Origin: Sarea resinae
Taxonomy: Eukaryota
Direction: 5' to 3'
Assembly (NCBI GenBank): GCA_026026165.1
Contig: JAPEUD010000009.1
Coordinates: 310,001 to 374,000, forward strand
DNA: 64,000 nucleotides
A program made the translations under genes and the position numbers. The first letter of the stretch is position 1, and the number at the start of each line of letters is the position of its first letter. The notes below the pieces were generated by a model. That model saw only the letters and a list, made by a program, of their open reading frames with translations, was not told where the DNA came from and ran no database searches. Positions 1 to 12,904 of the stretch are shown piece after piece.

Positions 1-682
1 TCGCTTACTCTCATGAATACTCTTCTCCTGGTAGGCTGTCTGGGCTGATGCTACCGCGACGCCGCCTCTGTCTTTCCTGTTGTTTATCGGCGTCTGCCGC
101 CTTGATTGAGGGCATGCCCTGGTCCGGCTGATTGATCACGTGAGGCGGTGCTTAGGCAGCTGAATGTCCGGCCAATAGACTTTGAGGATGGCTTGTTGTG
201 TCTCTTCGGACGCCCATGCCTCTGCCTCTCTTGACCTCTTTCTTTCTTTTGTGCCCTCTACTCTAGGTCACTTGACGAGATGAATCAAAGCTATGTTACT
301 GTCCCGGCCACGTACTTGCTCTTCGATTACCGAGCGAGAGGCGGTGCGGCAGAGAACGGAAGGCACCAGCGAGGTTGTATCGACATGGCTATACATGACT
401 CTCTTTAAGCAGCAACAAATGAATCAAAAAAAATTTGAAAATTCGGAACCGTTGAGATCATGGCTGTCGCTTTCTCACAGGCGCGGTGTGGATTTTGGTG
501 CAACAATACACTGGAAAAATGCCTCCGTCTGGGGGTCGAGTCACCCTCGCAGGGCATTGCGCTATACAAAAGTATCCGTAACGTATTCAATAACCATCAT
601 AATGTAGCGATTATGACCTATTTATTATCACATCCATTCATCGATGATATCATGAAGATGAATCGTGCGGGTATGAGAATTG

Positions 683-714
683 GTATTTCTTTTAGGAGTA
701 TTTCTTTTAGGAGT
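683..714. repeat. 15-bp tandem duplication (GTATTTCTTTTAGGA x2) downstream of gatA
   Basis: Seen directly in the sequence. Confidence 0.85.
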
Positions 715-886
715 TATTTTGGAGGGCATTCTGATACTGGGGATAAATGAACAGGATTGGAGGTATACATCACGAATCATAAAAGCCGAGAGCCTACTTC
801 TCAACGGAAAACATCGCGCACAGGCAGAACAGCCAGGGGAAATCCAAAGGGAAAAAGAATGGATGCGGGGAGGAGACCTGAGTAAA

Positions 887-2624
887 TCAAGACTTGAAGA
901 TCTTCTCAATGGCGTCGAGGAGAATGTCGGCTATTCATCATCATCATCATCAGCACATCATGCCCTTTGAAACAAGGCAGTGACAGAGATTCTTACCATG
1001 GTGTTTCTGGAAGATCAGCATGGGCCGCAACCGAATAGCCCTCTCACCACTGCCGCCGATGTTGACACCAACGGTCTTGGCCTTCTTCAAAAACTCATCC
1101 CGGCGCGGCGAATCCCATGCAATAAATGTCCCCTGGCCCTTGCCGCGCAGGTTCTGGATCTCCTCGGGGTAGGACTTGGAGAGACGGTCGAGGCCAGCAT
1201 AGAGGTACTTTCCGACCTCGGCAGTGTTCTCGACGAGGTTGAGGCGCTCAATCTCGCGCACGATGGCGCGGAAGAGGATGGCGCGCGCTGGGTCGCCCAT
1301 CCAGGTGTTGAATTGGCGGTAGGGCTTGTTGGGGCGGAGGTCAGGATTGCCGTAGTAGTAGCCGGCAGTCTGGGCCTTCTTGGAGAAGGTGACCATATCT
1401 GGGGGGGAGGTGAGGTTCCAGTGCTCGTGGGCCCAGAACTTGCCCGTGGCGCCAATGCCGGTCTGGACCTCATCGACGATGAAGAGGATGTCGTGCTTTT
1501 TTGTGATGTCGCGGAGGCCCTGGAAGAATGCTGGAGAGGCGTGGTTGTCGCCACCTTCGGATTGGATGGGCTCAACGATGATAGCGGCCGGAGGTTGGGG
1601 CCAAGTGGTGATGAGACGTTCGGTCTCTGCAAGGCAGCATTGCTCCTCCTCGGTGTTCTCCTTGACATGGTCCTCAAGTGGGTACTTCAGGGCTGGGAAA
1701 GGAGCCTGAGGCCAGTCGAAAGCGGGGATGTCGAGTTTGTGGATGGGCTTGCTGCGTGTCGTGCTCAGGCTTCCGAACAGACGGCCGTGGAAGGCGCGGC
1801 GGAAGGAAAGAATGGAGAGTTGGGGAGACCCGGGGGACTGGTTGTTCATGACGGATGATAGTTCTTCGGCAGAGAATTCGGCATTGGCACCGCCACGTTT
1901 TTGTTGCTGTTTCCACATGAAGGCTGCCTTGTAGGCGGTCTCGTTGGCGTCGGAGCCAGCCATGGCGGTGAAGACCTGATTGAGACCCTTGGGAGCCACG
2001 CTCAGGATACCGGTCTCGAGGATATGTGCCCAGTCATGCTGGGGGAAGTTTCCGAGAGCTGGTCGGTTGATGATGGAGCTGGCCATTTCGGGAGAAGTTG
2101 CTGCGAGGAGGAGGGAAGGATTGCTGTAGCCAACAGGAATGGAGGCAATCTGGGCGTAGCTGCGCAGCTTGTCAGCGTCGATATGACAAAGTGCTTGCAA
2201 AGTGAAACTCACACATCAAGCAGAACATTGCCGTCCAGATCCACGATGCTGCACAACCATTAGCCAGAGCCTCTCAAGCGACCCTTTACATTGAGTCATA
2301 CTAGTTGCCAAAGCTGTTCTGGTAGTTTGCAATCAGATTCAAGCTTCGAGTGTCGAAGACCTTGTCTAGCTTCTCGATGGCCTTCTTGCTCTCTGGGCCC
2401 GGGATGGCCGTCCGGAGGACAGGCCCAGCGGGCTCATCGGCGAAGTATGGCTGCTCGACGGGGGTGCCATTGGTGGCGGCGACGGCAGGCGAGGCGGAGG
2501 CCATTGCACGAGGGGTCTGGAATGATGCTGGAATTGCTGCTCGTGAGATTACCTTCTTTGGTAAGGGGACACGTTGGAAGATCAGAGGTCGAAGTCGAGA
2601 TGTGGTGCGGAGAAGGGTGGACAT
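887..2624 (-). CDS. gatA: 4-aminobutyrate (GABA) aminotransferase, class III PLP enzyme; 4 exons (2624-2302, 2248-2213, 2159-997, 930-887), 521 aa
   Basis: Motifs FHGRLFGSLSTTRSK, EPIQSEGGD, DEVQTG and TFSKK (PLP lysine). GT-AG introns join [28 protein letters not shown]...QKHH-ADILLDAIEKIFKS*. Exon sum is divisible by 3. Confidence 0.96.
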
Positions 2625-4379
2625 GTCCAGAATATATAATGTCCAGCAGCAGCACGTGTAGCGAGCGGAGAGAAGGAGGAGTTGTGGTCGTCGTCGTCGT
2701 CGTCGGGCCGAGCCCTTGTCTCAAGGTGCCGAGAGGAAGAAGACGATCAATTCGTTAGGAAGAAGGAAGAAGCGACCAGGGCTATGTGACAGGTTACCAA
2801 TGATGTGATGGAGATGGTGGTGCGGCAAGAGGAACGATAAACGGGCTATTGGGTGTCGAGAGCGGCGGAATCATTGACGATGGGGATGGGGTCGAAGAAG
2901 AGAGAGAGAGATCAATCAAGGTGTGCACGCACCAGGGAAGTGCAACCAGCTGGAAGGGATGGTCTACTGCGTACTACTCTCGAGTACTTGACTCTACTCT
3001 ACTTTGCTGCTGCAGGACAAGGACGAGCATCATCAACATGCACCGAAGAATGGGATCCGGCCCCAGGGCTGTCTTGGTCCACCGGACGACCTCAAGTGCT
3101 ATCTTAGTGCCGCCGCAGATCGGAAGCTATCAGGAAAAAGTGGCCTTTCACTGATGCTGGCGATGGTGATGCTGATAGTGATCATGATAATGATCATAGT
3201 GAAAATTTGACACCCGTTATCACGCAGAAGACAGCCATTACAGCTGATAGCCTGAATGTTCAGGTTTCGCTCTTTTTGGCTTTCGCCGTCCCACTCACGA
3301 CCGTAAGAGTCATGTATGACGAACGAACGCCCCTCCATCTTTCTGCCGCCTGCAATCTATCAGTTTGACCAAGCCAAGTAACTCGCTCGCTTAATGTTAT
3401 TTCGGGACGCTGCAATACCGTCCAGTACGGATCGACCCATCTCGATACTCGATGCTACCGGGCTGGCCCCCTCATCGAGCCCAAAGGCCGGACTAGACTG
3501 CCGAGCTCGACTGGACTTGCTGGAAAGAATCTCGCTGGTGCGTGGAAAGGGCTCGGGGATTCGTGGATATGTTATCGGGACTTAGTTAGTGCCGCTGCAC
3601 CTTTCCCCTCCCCGGTATCCATCCGTACCCGCCCGTACCCCTCGTACCCTCGAGGTAGATGGAGCGAGGGTACGAGCACCATGCCCAATGCATGCCAGTC
3701 CAGCCGATCTAATCTGCCTGTGCGGGGCTGCACTGGCTACTCTTGGGCCCGTCGATTCCACCGGCTCCGCCTGGCTCGTCTGGCCTCCTTGGTCACTTCA
3801 TCGTCCTGACGTCCCGCACGACGGGCCAATCATGAGGCACACTCCCCCCTCGAGCCCCCGTCATAACAACCCTCTCACCATGACAGAAGACACCGAAAAC
3901 ACGGAAAAATCCTTCAGGTCTTTCATGGGTGAATGCAGCTCATATGCGTCCTGTCTCTATGCCCACCTATGTTACACGCGCAAAAGCCGCAAAAGTCCAA
4001 TGGCCCTCCTTCCGAAAATATGAAAGATGCCCCGGTCACAGGTCAGCAGCCTTGCCTGTTAGATGAATGGCAAGACGCATGCAAAGGAAAACGCCCCAGG
4101 ATCCAGCCGGTAAAAATACAAAGTAATGCAGGAAAAAAGGGTCGGGGCATCTTACGTCCCCACCAACAAACGCGCCTGGAAAAAAAAGATCTCGAGATGG
4201 ATACGCTTCGAGAGACGAGCATCAAACTGTGAAAGAGAAGCCACTCGTGATGGCATTGCCCATCCGTGCCCCGTGCTCAGCAATCTCGACGGCCGAGCTA
4301 CCATTCCAGGTCACAATATCTATCCTGACTGGGGTTTGACAGCAGAGGGCAGCATCTCTTGTTGAAGATAATCATTGCA

Positions 4380-7300
4380 TTAGTTGCCGTTGCTGATATC
4401 CAATTGCGTGAAGCTGTCAGCTTTGATGCCTGCAAATTGATCAGTGGGTTCATCGCCCAGTTTTCCACCGGAGTAACCGTGGGCGGATGGCGAGTGAGAG
4501 TGACCTGGGTCCCGGTGGCCATTCGTTTGGCTAAGTTCTTTGTCCAATTCGACATCTTCGTCCCTAGCAGAGAGTGGTGGAGGAGGTGGTGGTACTGACT
4601 GGTTGACGTTGGTTGATGCGTCTTCCATCGAGGATTGTAGGTTGTGGGCCAGAGTCATTCCATTGATAGTGACCGGATTAAAATCGAAGCTGCTTCCGTT
4701 CATTCCATCGCTTCCGTCATTCAAGGATCCTTCATCAATATCCATCGCAGGTGGTGGAGGTGGAGGTGGAGGCGGCGGTGGTGTAGAATTAGTTCTGAGC
4801 TTTTTGATCGGCGTTTCGTCTCCATCGGGCGTCATCTCTTGTGCATCCTCTTCGTCGTCCCTCTTGCGTTTCAATCCCTCTCCGTTGTTACCTGCATCGT
4901 TGCCAGGTGAGCCAGGTGAAGAAGATGCCTCTTTCTCTTCATCCGAAATTTCAGCACCATTGATTCGATCCAAACCATCATCTATCTCTTTCGGATCGTA
5001 AGGAGTTTCCACTGCATCAGGCTCGCCGCCTTCCTTTCTTTTGCGCTCCGCCTTTTTCTTGTCATGCTCTCGCTTCTTCGCCACCGCTTTTTCAAAATAC
5101 TCCTTGAGATACTTCTTGACCTGCTTTTCTTGCTTGGGAGAGATGCGTGTGGGATTATCAACACGATTGTGCTTGAAATCGGAGTTGACCAGCTTTTGAG
5201 CGATCTGTCGACATGCTAAGTATGCGCGACGACGAAACCATGAATTTCTGACATACCTCTTTTCCAAACCGCTTCAAATCCTCTTTCGGAAGCTTATTCT
5301 TGAACTTGTCCATAACGTACTTGATGTGTGGGAAGAGCTGCTAATTGTCAGACGAATTGAAGCGGCAAAGGCGGATAGACTATATGGACATCACCTACCG
5401 TATTCTCATACAACTTCTTCTTCTTTTCTTCGCTATATGATCGCCATTTCTCCTCCTTCTTCTCCTTCTTCTCTTTCTTCTCTTTCTTTGGCTCCTCAGC
5501 AACAGGTTGTGGCGTAGCCGAGCCAGTCTTCTTCTCTTTTGGGGTAGACGACTTAGTGATGCTGTCGATGATCTCCTGTAACTTCTTGTCACTTGATATT
5601 ACTTTTGGCGGCGGTGGCGGTTGAGCAGCTGGAATTGTAGGCCTTGTCCATGTGGTCTGTCCACTTGCGCTATAATAGTAAGTATTGCCATTTGCACTTG
5701 CCGCAAACCAACCAGGAGGGAGTGGAGCAAAACGTTGGCGATATGGAGGTCTGGAGGCGTTGTAGTAGCTGTTATTCCTCTGCGGTGCGCTGCTACGAGG
5801 TCCCGAAGGCGCGGCGGGACCTCTAGGCGCATCGACAGACTTGGATCGACTCCTCGATCGAGACCTGGTACGCTCTCTACGCTCATCGCGGCCAGTATCT
5901 CGGCGATCGTAACGGTCAGACCGGTCCACGGTAGCAGTATGATTTGCATCTCTCTTCTTTCGAGGGATACGATAACCGACCTCGAGCGTGCTCCATTCTG
6001 CTAGCAATGTAGTAGCCAAAGATTGGACCTTCTCATCCTGACAAGTCAAGAGGCTCTCAACAGTCCCTTCGATTTTCGAGTCGCTAATCTTGTTCCTCGT
6101 CAGACGTGGGAACTTGTCCAGTATGTCCAATATCTGCAAAACGACATTGAAGTCATCTTTCCAGGTGGATAATGCCGAATTCAGGATTTGATATCCGTGC
6201 ATCTTGACCACTCGATTTCGGACCCGTTCGTCGTCGCAACGCTGGATTCGGCTCAATAGCTTTACAGCGATCCATTTCTCTTTGCACTGCATGAGTGTGG
6301 CCATGACCTTGGTCACACCGTCTTCATCGAGAGATTTGGGCTGAACGTTGTTGACGTATTCTTCGTCATCCTCCTCAGTCTTTCTCTTCTTCGGCCGCTT
6401 TGGTACTGCAGTGTCCCAGCTGTCGCCATCATCAATCCCAAGAGCTTCAATAGTGGTATTCGATAGTTTCGTAGATCTCTCGGTTTGGGTCTTGCCTCCA
6501 ATGAAGCCTGTACAATTGGGCTCTCCACAATAACATGGTTGTGGGTCGGCCCCATAGCGGTCAACATTGTAGTTGAATACCAGCTCTTCGCCTGCTTGGA
6601 TGTGCCGCTCGGCAAAAATACCCATGCGCAACTTGTCGCCAACCACCCATTTGTCAACGTAGCAATTAGGGTTGCAGGAATGATTGCAGAAACGTCCCAG
6701 GTTGCCCTTCTTTGTCGCGTCGACGAATTCTCCTTTGCTCAGGGACATGAAGTAGAAATGTTTGATACCTTCTTCATCGTACTGCCGCATACGCCGGCGA
6801 AAATGGCCCTCATTGATGACCTCGCCAATGTATTCAAAAATGAAATCATGAGGGCGGAGATCCGAGTCAGCCCGCAATCCATAGCCTTTCTTCTCGGTCT
6901 TGATGACAGTGACCTTGGCGAACTCCTTCCGCAGGAAACGCTGGTTCTTACAAGCCGACCCACACCCACAATCTATGCCGCACTCCATTTTCGTAGCACG
7001 ATTGATACAGTCAGAATCCTCGCCACAAGCGGTATTGGTTTTCGTCACAGCGTCTGTAATCATATCAGTAGTGGTCCTGGTGTGCAAATGACGGTGGCTT
7101 CTTACCCCATTCCTCGGCACAATCACACTCCATCGCATGCTCAGTATATCCCATGTACTTCGAGGCATAGCTACATTGTGAAATGACCTGAAAGCTTGAA
7201 GTGGCTTCCAAAGTCTTGTCTGGTAGATCATTAAACATCTGTGGCGGCCGAGTGATCACCTTCTGTGACGAAGTGCGCGTGAGCTTGGGTGCCTGTCCTG

Positions 7301-7589
7301 GCTCCAGTTTCACAGTGATGTCGCCTCCAACCTTCTCCTCGCTGATTTTCATTTCATCCGAGGGAGACTGAGTGGTGCTTCGTGCCTTTGTAGAAGATCG
7401 CGAGGACGATTTTGACTTGGCAGTGGGGGAAGATGCAGTCTCGGGTGGCGACACGGATTCCTGCTTGACGGTGTCCACCTGTAATGTCTCCAAAGTACTG
7501 TTACCGGGGACTTCGTCGGTCTTGATGTCCATATCTTTCAGCTCAGATGCAATTACATCTGGCTTCTCTATTATCTCGTCGACAGGCAT
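4380..7589 (-). CDS. set2: Histone H3K36 methyltransferase Set2 (AWS-SET-postSET, WW, SRI); 4 exons (7589-7106, 7053-5399, 5337-5257, 5204-4380), about 1014 aa
   Basis: [49 protein letters not shown] domain (LPPGW...YYY...TTWTRP) and SRI-like segment ([33 protein letters not shown]). Canonical introns; start codon is inferred. Confidence 0.95.
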
Positions 7590-10500
7590 TTTGGATAACG
7601 GTGAAGACTGTATCACCGATGATTGAGATGTCGAATGGGCAATGCTGTTCACTAAGCGATGCGAGGATCACTATCTTTGCCTGTCTTCGTCGGCACCACA
7701 ACCAACGGTAGCTCCTTCTCAAGAGTCACAAACTGAGCTCCCTGCAGCGGGTATGATGAGGTTTGGGCCACAGGCCTACCTCGAGCGGTGTCCTGAGTCA
7801 CGGCTGATAGCCCACTGCTCCGGCGGCGATCTTTGAGGGTGACAACTTGTGCGATATTCGCTCCTGGGAGTCGATGGGAGAGAAGGATAGATGGCAGTGA
7901 GATGAACCTTGTCCCGACATGAGCGCAAAGTGCCTGACAAGAGATGTGTTGATTTGACAATGAATGCGCCGAATGAAAAAGATCTGGACCGCACAGCAGT
8001 GACGGCTCTTCCCGTGAATACGGTAATCAACACTTTGAGCATTCAATTAACGACAAAGTCACGCCTTGAATTATCAGCATCCAGACCATACCTCCCAAAG
8101 GCCGTCAATAGGTGGTGACTGCAATCAGGGTGGAAGCCTCAGCTCTTCTTCGGGGTTGGTGGTGCGTAGAATTGTCGATTTGAGGGTGCTCGTTCTAGAA
8201 CAAGCAACGATGAGGAGGAAGAGGCTCCGGGGTCGCTACGCTTGGATTTAGACGAACCGAAAAGAGCAATAATACCTCTCCGACCGCATGCCCTTTCGTA
8301 TGAGAGACCTGCAAAGTGCAGATTAATGATACCTGGGAATTGATATGGAGTATTCTAGATTTGAGATGCCCGGAAAGACCCAGCGTCCACGGCATCTAGG
8401 TCTATATCAATTTCTAGCCTACATACAGAGACAGTAAAGAGAGAAGCTGAAATTGACTTGGTGCATAGCTGGAGGTTGTCAAGGATGGATCGAGCAATTT
8501 TCCACGATCCAACCTCGAAAACAACACCAAAAATTGCATCTCTAGGTACATAGGTACAGGCGTACCCGAGCTTCCTCGAGGACGATCAGAATGTGATGGA
8601 AGACACCGCATCATGATTGCTAGAACAGCAAATCAATAGGGAAACCAAAAGCAAATAAGGACCGCAGACTTGAAGAGCAAGTAGTAGTGGAGCGCGAGTA
8701 GTCAAGACCCACTTGTAGGTAGCCAGCAACGTGGCTCTGCAGAAGCGTGGACGACGAAGTATCATGATGATGTGTCGAGGTCTGGCGAGGCGATAGACTT
8801 CCGAAACAGCGCCATCTATATAACCATGAGGGAATCTTGCGCTCATTCCCGTCAGTTCAGATAAATGATCATGTCTGAATATCGAAAACCATTGCCTCCG
8901 ATATCTTCAACGTGAGCTCACGAAATGAGAACTCAAGTCTCTGCATAGTTGGCAGGCACTCCTGACGCCTCCATCCAACGGGAAAGATCGATGCGAGGCT
9001 GTCCTAGAATCCAGGGCGCGTGCATCGATGGATCGATGGCCAGAACTGCCTTATCCATATAGATAACGGACGAGGGTTCGCGAGGATGTCAGTTGCCGAG
9101 CGATCCCACAACAAGCCTATCCGAACACGCGATACAATTTTCCGAGCATATCCAGACGATATAGCTGAGGACGGGCGAGCATAGCATGGCGAACGGGGAA
9201 AGAGGAACGAAGTATGGGATGAATCTTGACTGTTCTTCACCTCCCATCTTCCCTCTTCGTTGTTGACGGACGGCAAGACAAAAGATGGGATGGAGGACAA
9301 GGAATAGGAGAGGGGAGTACGGAGACGAATCGACGAAGCCCCGAATTAGAACAGGATACATGTGAGACATGGAGCGACCAGCTGGTGGACGCGAGATTAT
9401 TGGTATGGAGTTCAGCCGACGGGCACGACGGGACTCTTTACCCAGACGACGGGACGGCAAGCGAGAGGATACCATCAGCCATCAGGTACGCGGACGCTAC
9501 GAGGCCACTACGAGGCTTAGGTCGTTTGAGGAGGATGACTGGTGCTTCAATGGTCTTCGATGGCCCTTGATCGGGGCTCTGACTTGGCCTCGGGAAGCCT
9601 TCGGACCCGTCAGCTTGCGCGCCGAGGTACCTTTTGACACCAGCAAGGACCGACCTTGGAGAAGGAGAAGAGTAGAGTACGAGTACTCGTACTCTCCTCC
9701 AGAGGAGAGAGATGGTGCAAGGATGGTGATGCCTTTGCGCGCAAGAGGGACCAATGATTCCACCGAAACTGCCCACAAGAGACATGTATCGACAACGGTC
9801 CAAGAAACAGGGATCAATCGCGCATCATTGACCCTATGACTAGGCGGCATTCTGGCATGGAAATCATTAACAGAACACTACTCTCTGGGGCCCTAATTAC
9901 CGACGAGAGAAATAGCAAACGGTCGCCTGGAATGCATACTTAGAGTGCATTCAATATCACTACAAGATGCAATGACTAGGTAGATGTTTGAAACGAGGGG
10001 AGAGGACAAACGCTCAGGGGAAAGACGTAGGGGATAGGATGGGACGAGATAGCGAACGCAAAAAAGAATGATAAGATCAGATGGAGACCTGAGGATAAAG
10101 AATAAAAAGAAGAAGAAGAAGACCTGCAACACGAAGGTACGCTACAAACGGTAACCTTCGATGTTGGTGGTGGTGGAGAGAGCTAGAGTTCGGAGTAGAG
10201 GTCAGCAGTACGGTAGGTACCTTACCTTACCTTACCTTACTCTATGGAAGTATTTCGATCATGGATGGCGGTGATGGCTGGATCCATGATGGTGCATGGC
10301 ATCCATGATGGCGTCTGAGGCATATGCGAAGTTAGGGAGCACGAACGCGTGGGAGCACGCAACCCGGCAGCAGGCCGCACCTGGGCAGGTAAGCATTGAT
10401 GTCCCCAGTCCCAGTGTCCCCAGCGAGCGTCCCCCAAGCCCCCCGTGCCCCCCGTGCCCCCAGTGCCTCCAATGCAAGCCCAGCTACAACCAAGCGCACC

Positions 10501-11769
10501 TGCGACCACCAAAGAAAACACCGACCGCTCTCCCTCTTTTCGTCCTTTCCCTTATGGATCCCTAGGGTATGGGCGCTCTCGGTGCATACCAGACCATACC
10601 ACTCTCGAACCTACCTACCGAACACAGAAGTCTGCATGCGCGCGCGCCATACCTTACACAACACGAGGTCAAGGACGCCTTGCCGTCAATTGATCATACA
10701 CTCATCTCGACTCCTATAGCACCTAGAGCACCGATAGCACACGGATGACCACCACCAATATCAGAGCCAAAACGGAATCTTTTCCTTCTTTTTCCCTCTT
10801 CTGCTTCTTTTCCTCTGACTTGCAATTTCGCTCCTCTCCTTCCTCCTTCTACGACGAGGAAGGTCAATCGTAATCCGCCAACCACCTTACCTCGATCTTT
10901 CAATCATTACCTAGGCATCGCCAGTCTTATCACTATCATCTTACCTACCTACCTTACCTACCTAATCATCATCATCATTATCATCATCGCGCTGTCTAGT
11001 ATGTACCTACGGACGGATACAGAGCACTAAGGTAAGCCAGGTACCTTTACTAGCCAATCCTAGCCAAGCAGTACCTTAGCCAGCATTTATTACGTGCATT
11101 TGCAGCTGTAGCGGTTGCAGTTTGCAGTTTGCACTATTCCTCAGTCTGCGAGATCCATACCTCCATACCTCCTGCGTTCAGCAAGATTGCCCGCCGCTAA
11201 ACTCCCTTGGTGCCTACGAACTGCCTAACGTTCCAAACTTTCTCTCCCATCCCATCATCCTGCCTTCTCTTCCCTCCCACCGTTGCTGCGGAGTCAGGCG
11301 GAGCATGCGGAGCGGACGAAGCGACCGGATTTAGTGGCTCGCAGCAGCGCGCGCATCTGCAGCTTTCTCTTAGTGCTGCATCGATTCATCTGCATCGCAT
11401 TATTGCAATTTCCCTTTCTTGCACGCGATGCTGTTGCTCCTGCTTCTTTTTAAAGATTGTTGTCCGAGCAAGCTCCCCAAACCAACAGTATACCTCTTCG
11501 TACCTATTTACATACACACATCCTATCCAGGGATCACGGGTCTCCAACGGGCTCCACCATAACACTTCGGACATTCTTGGCTTGTGCTATACCCAACTCC
11601 TTCATCTCTCATTCCCTTTCTTGGACTTTCATTTGAACACGATAATTGAACCACGTGGAACGAAGGAGCGCTGAGCGTGTGGTTCATTCAGGCACTCATC
11701 GAGTCGGTCGTCGTTTGAGAGATCCTTTTGATACAACAATCTCTCCCGACAAAATTGGAGCCTCGCGTC

Positions 11770-12904
11770 ATGTCTACGAGCGAGGAGGGTCCATGGTCAG
11801 AAGCTGAGAAGGTGCGTTTCCTCGAAGCGTCAATGAGCTCCTTCATAGAAGGAGCTCTCCCTTTTCCGGCCTCATAGGCCGTGTTGTGGAAACCCTTCTG
11901 GAGCGCGTCGTCCACACCAAGCGCGCGCGTCGAGTCCAACGTCGGAATGAATCTGACTCTTGGAATGAAATTAGGTTTCGCTGCTGGTAGAAATCCTGAA
12001 GCACGCACCAGAGACTTCTGAAGTCCTAGCTTCGTTCATCAAGGACGCTGAAATCCGCCCCAGATGGACGGGACTATCTCTACCTGAAGGTATGAAGATG
12101 CGCCGCCACCTTTGAAGACAACCCCATACTCGCGTGTGATCTTTGCAATTCGCGTGCAAAGCGCGCTGCATATCCTCCTGCTAGATGATCCGATCAGCTT
12201 GCGAGACCAAGCATCGGTCGCGCAAAATATTCAGACACGTCGACTTACATTCTTGAACGCCAGGTCGCTCGCTGAAGTCGTGCCAAGACGTGTTCAGCAA
12301 TCTCCTCGAAGCCCCCAGTGCTACAAATATTGGAAAGCTTGGAGCTCTGAGTCCTAGAAAGCGACCATTGCCGACTGAAGGGGGATCAACACCGCAAGGG
12401 CGCACCTTACAACCGCGACCCGCAGCGTTCTCTTCCATCAACGGACGCGATGATCCCACACTTCAGACTTCGCCTGCCGATGAGCCTCCGAAGCGAAAGC
12501 GTGGGCGGCCAAGTAAAGCAGATGTTCAAGCTCGAGCTGAAGCCGCCGCTGCACGGGGTGAAGTTCCTCCAGGCTCCTCCCACGCCGGTGCACCATTTAC
12601 ACCAAGCGCCAGGCCCATTGCTATGATGACACCGACAGGAACATCCGCTGCCAATACCCCTGGAACGGGATCTACTGGGAAGAGGAAACGTGGGCGACCC
12701 AGCAAAGCCGATTTAGCGGCAAGGAGGCTCCTGTTGGAACAAAGCATCTCTACCGCGCCAACAGAGGCGGCGAAAGTAGCGGAAGCGGCAACTGCGATCG
12801 GCAGCGAAATGGCAGGACAAGAAGAGCAGGCGGAAGGCGAAGCACCAAAGGCATCGGGTGAAGTGGAAGACAAAGAAACCGAGGAGTCTGAGGCTACGGA
12901 CTAA
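11770..12904 (+). CDS. Putative nuclear DNA-binding protein with an N-terminal Myb/SANT-like segment and two AT-hooks; 3 exons (11770-11811, 11975-12089, 12264-12904), 265 aa
   Basis: Spliced frame MSTSEEGPWSEAEK-VSLLVEILKH...RWTGLSLPE-GRSLKSCQDVF. Two KRKRGRPSK AT-hooks. GT-AG introns keep the frame. Confidence 0.85.

Noticed and set aside
1..600. Possible gene running off the left edge (GTACGT and GTAAGC donor-like sites on the minus strand)
   Set aside because: All three frames after the candidate acceptor hit stops; no consistent model.
980..1858. 292-aa plus-strand ORF and similar long antisense ORFs over CDSs (for example 6485-7186 and 52032-53144)
   Set aside because: Shadow or alternative frames of GC-rich real genes; no recognisable motifs.
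9369..9839. 156-aa plus-strand ORF ending in TGA-CTAG (read-through-like context)
   Set aside because: No protein-like features, and the extension ends in REK, not a PTS1; likely chance.
8200..10200. Telomerase RNA candidate
   Set aside because: No TAACCCTAA-type template seen on either strand; only partial CCCTA words.
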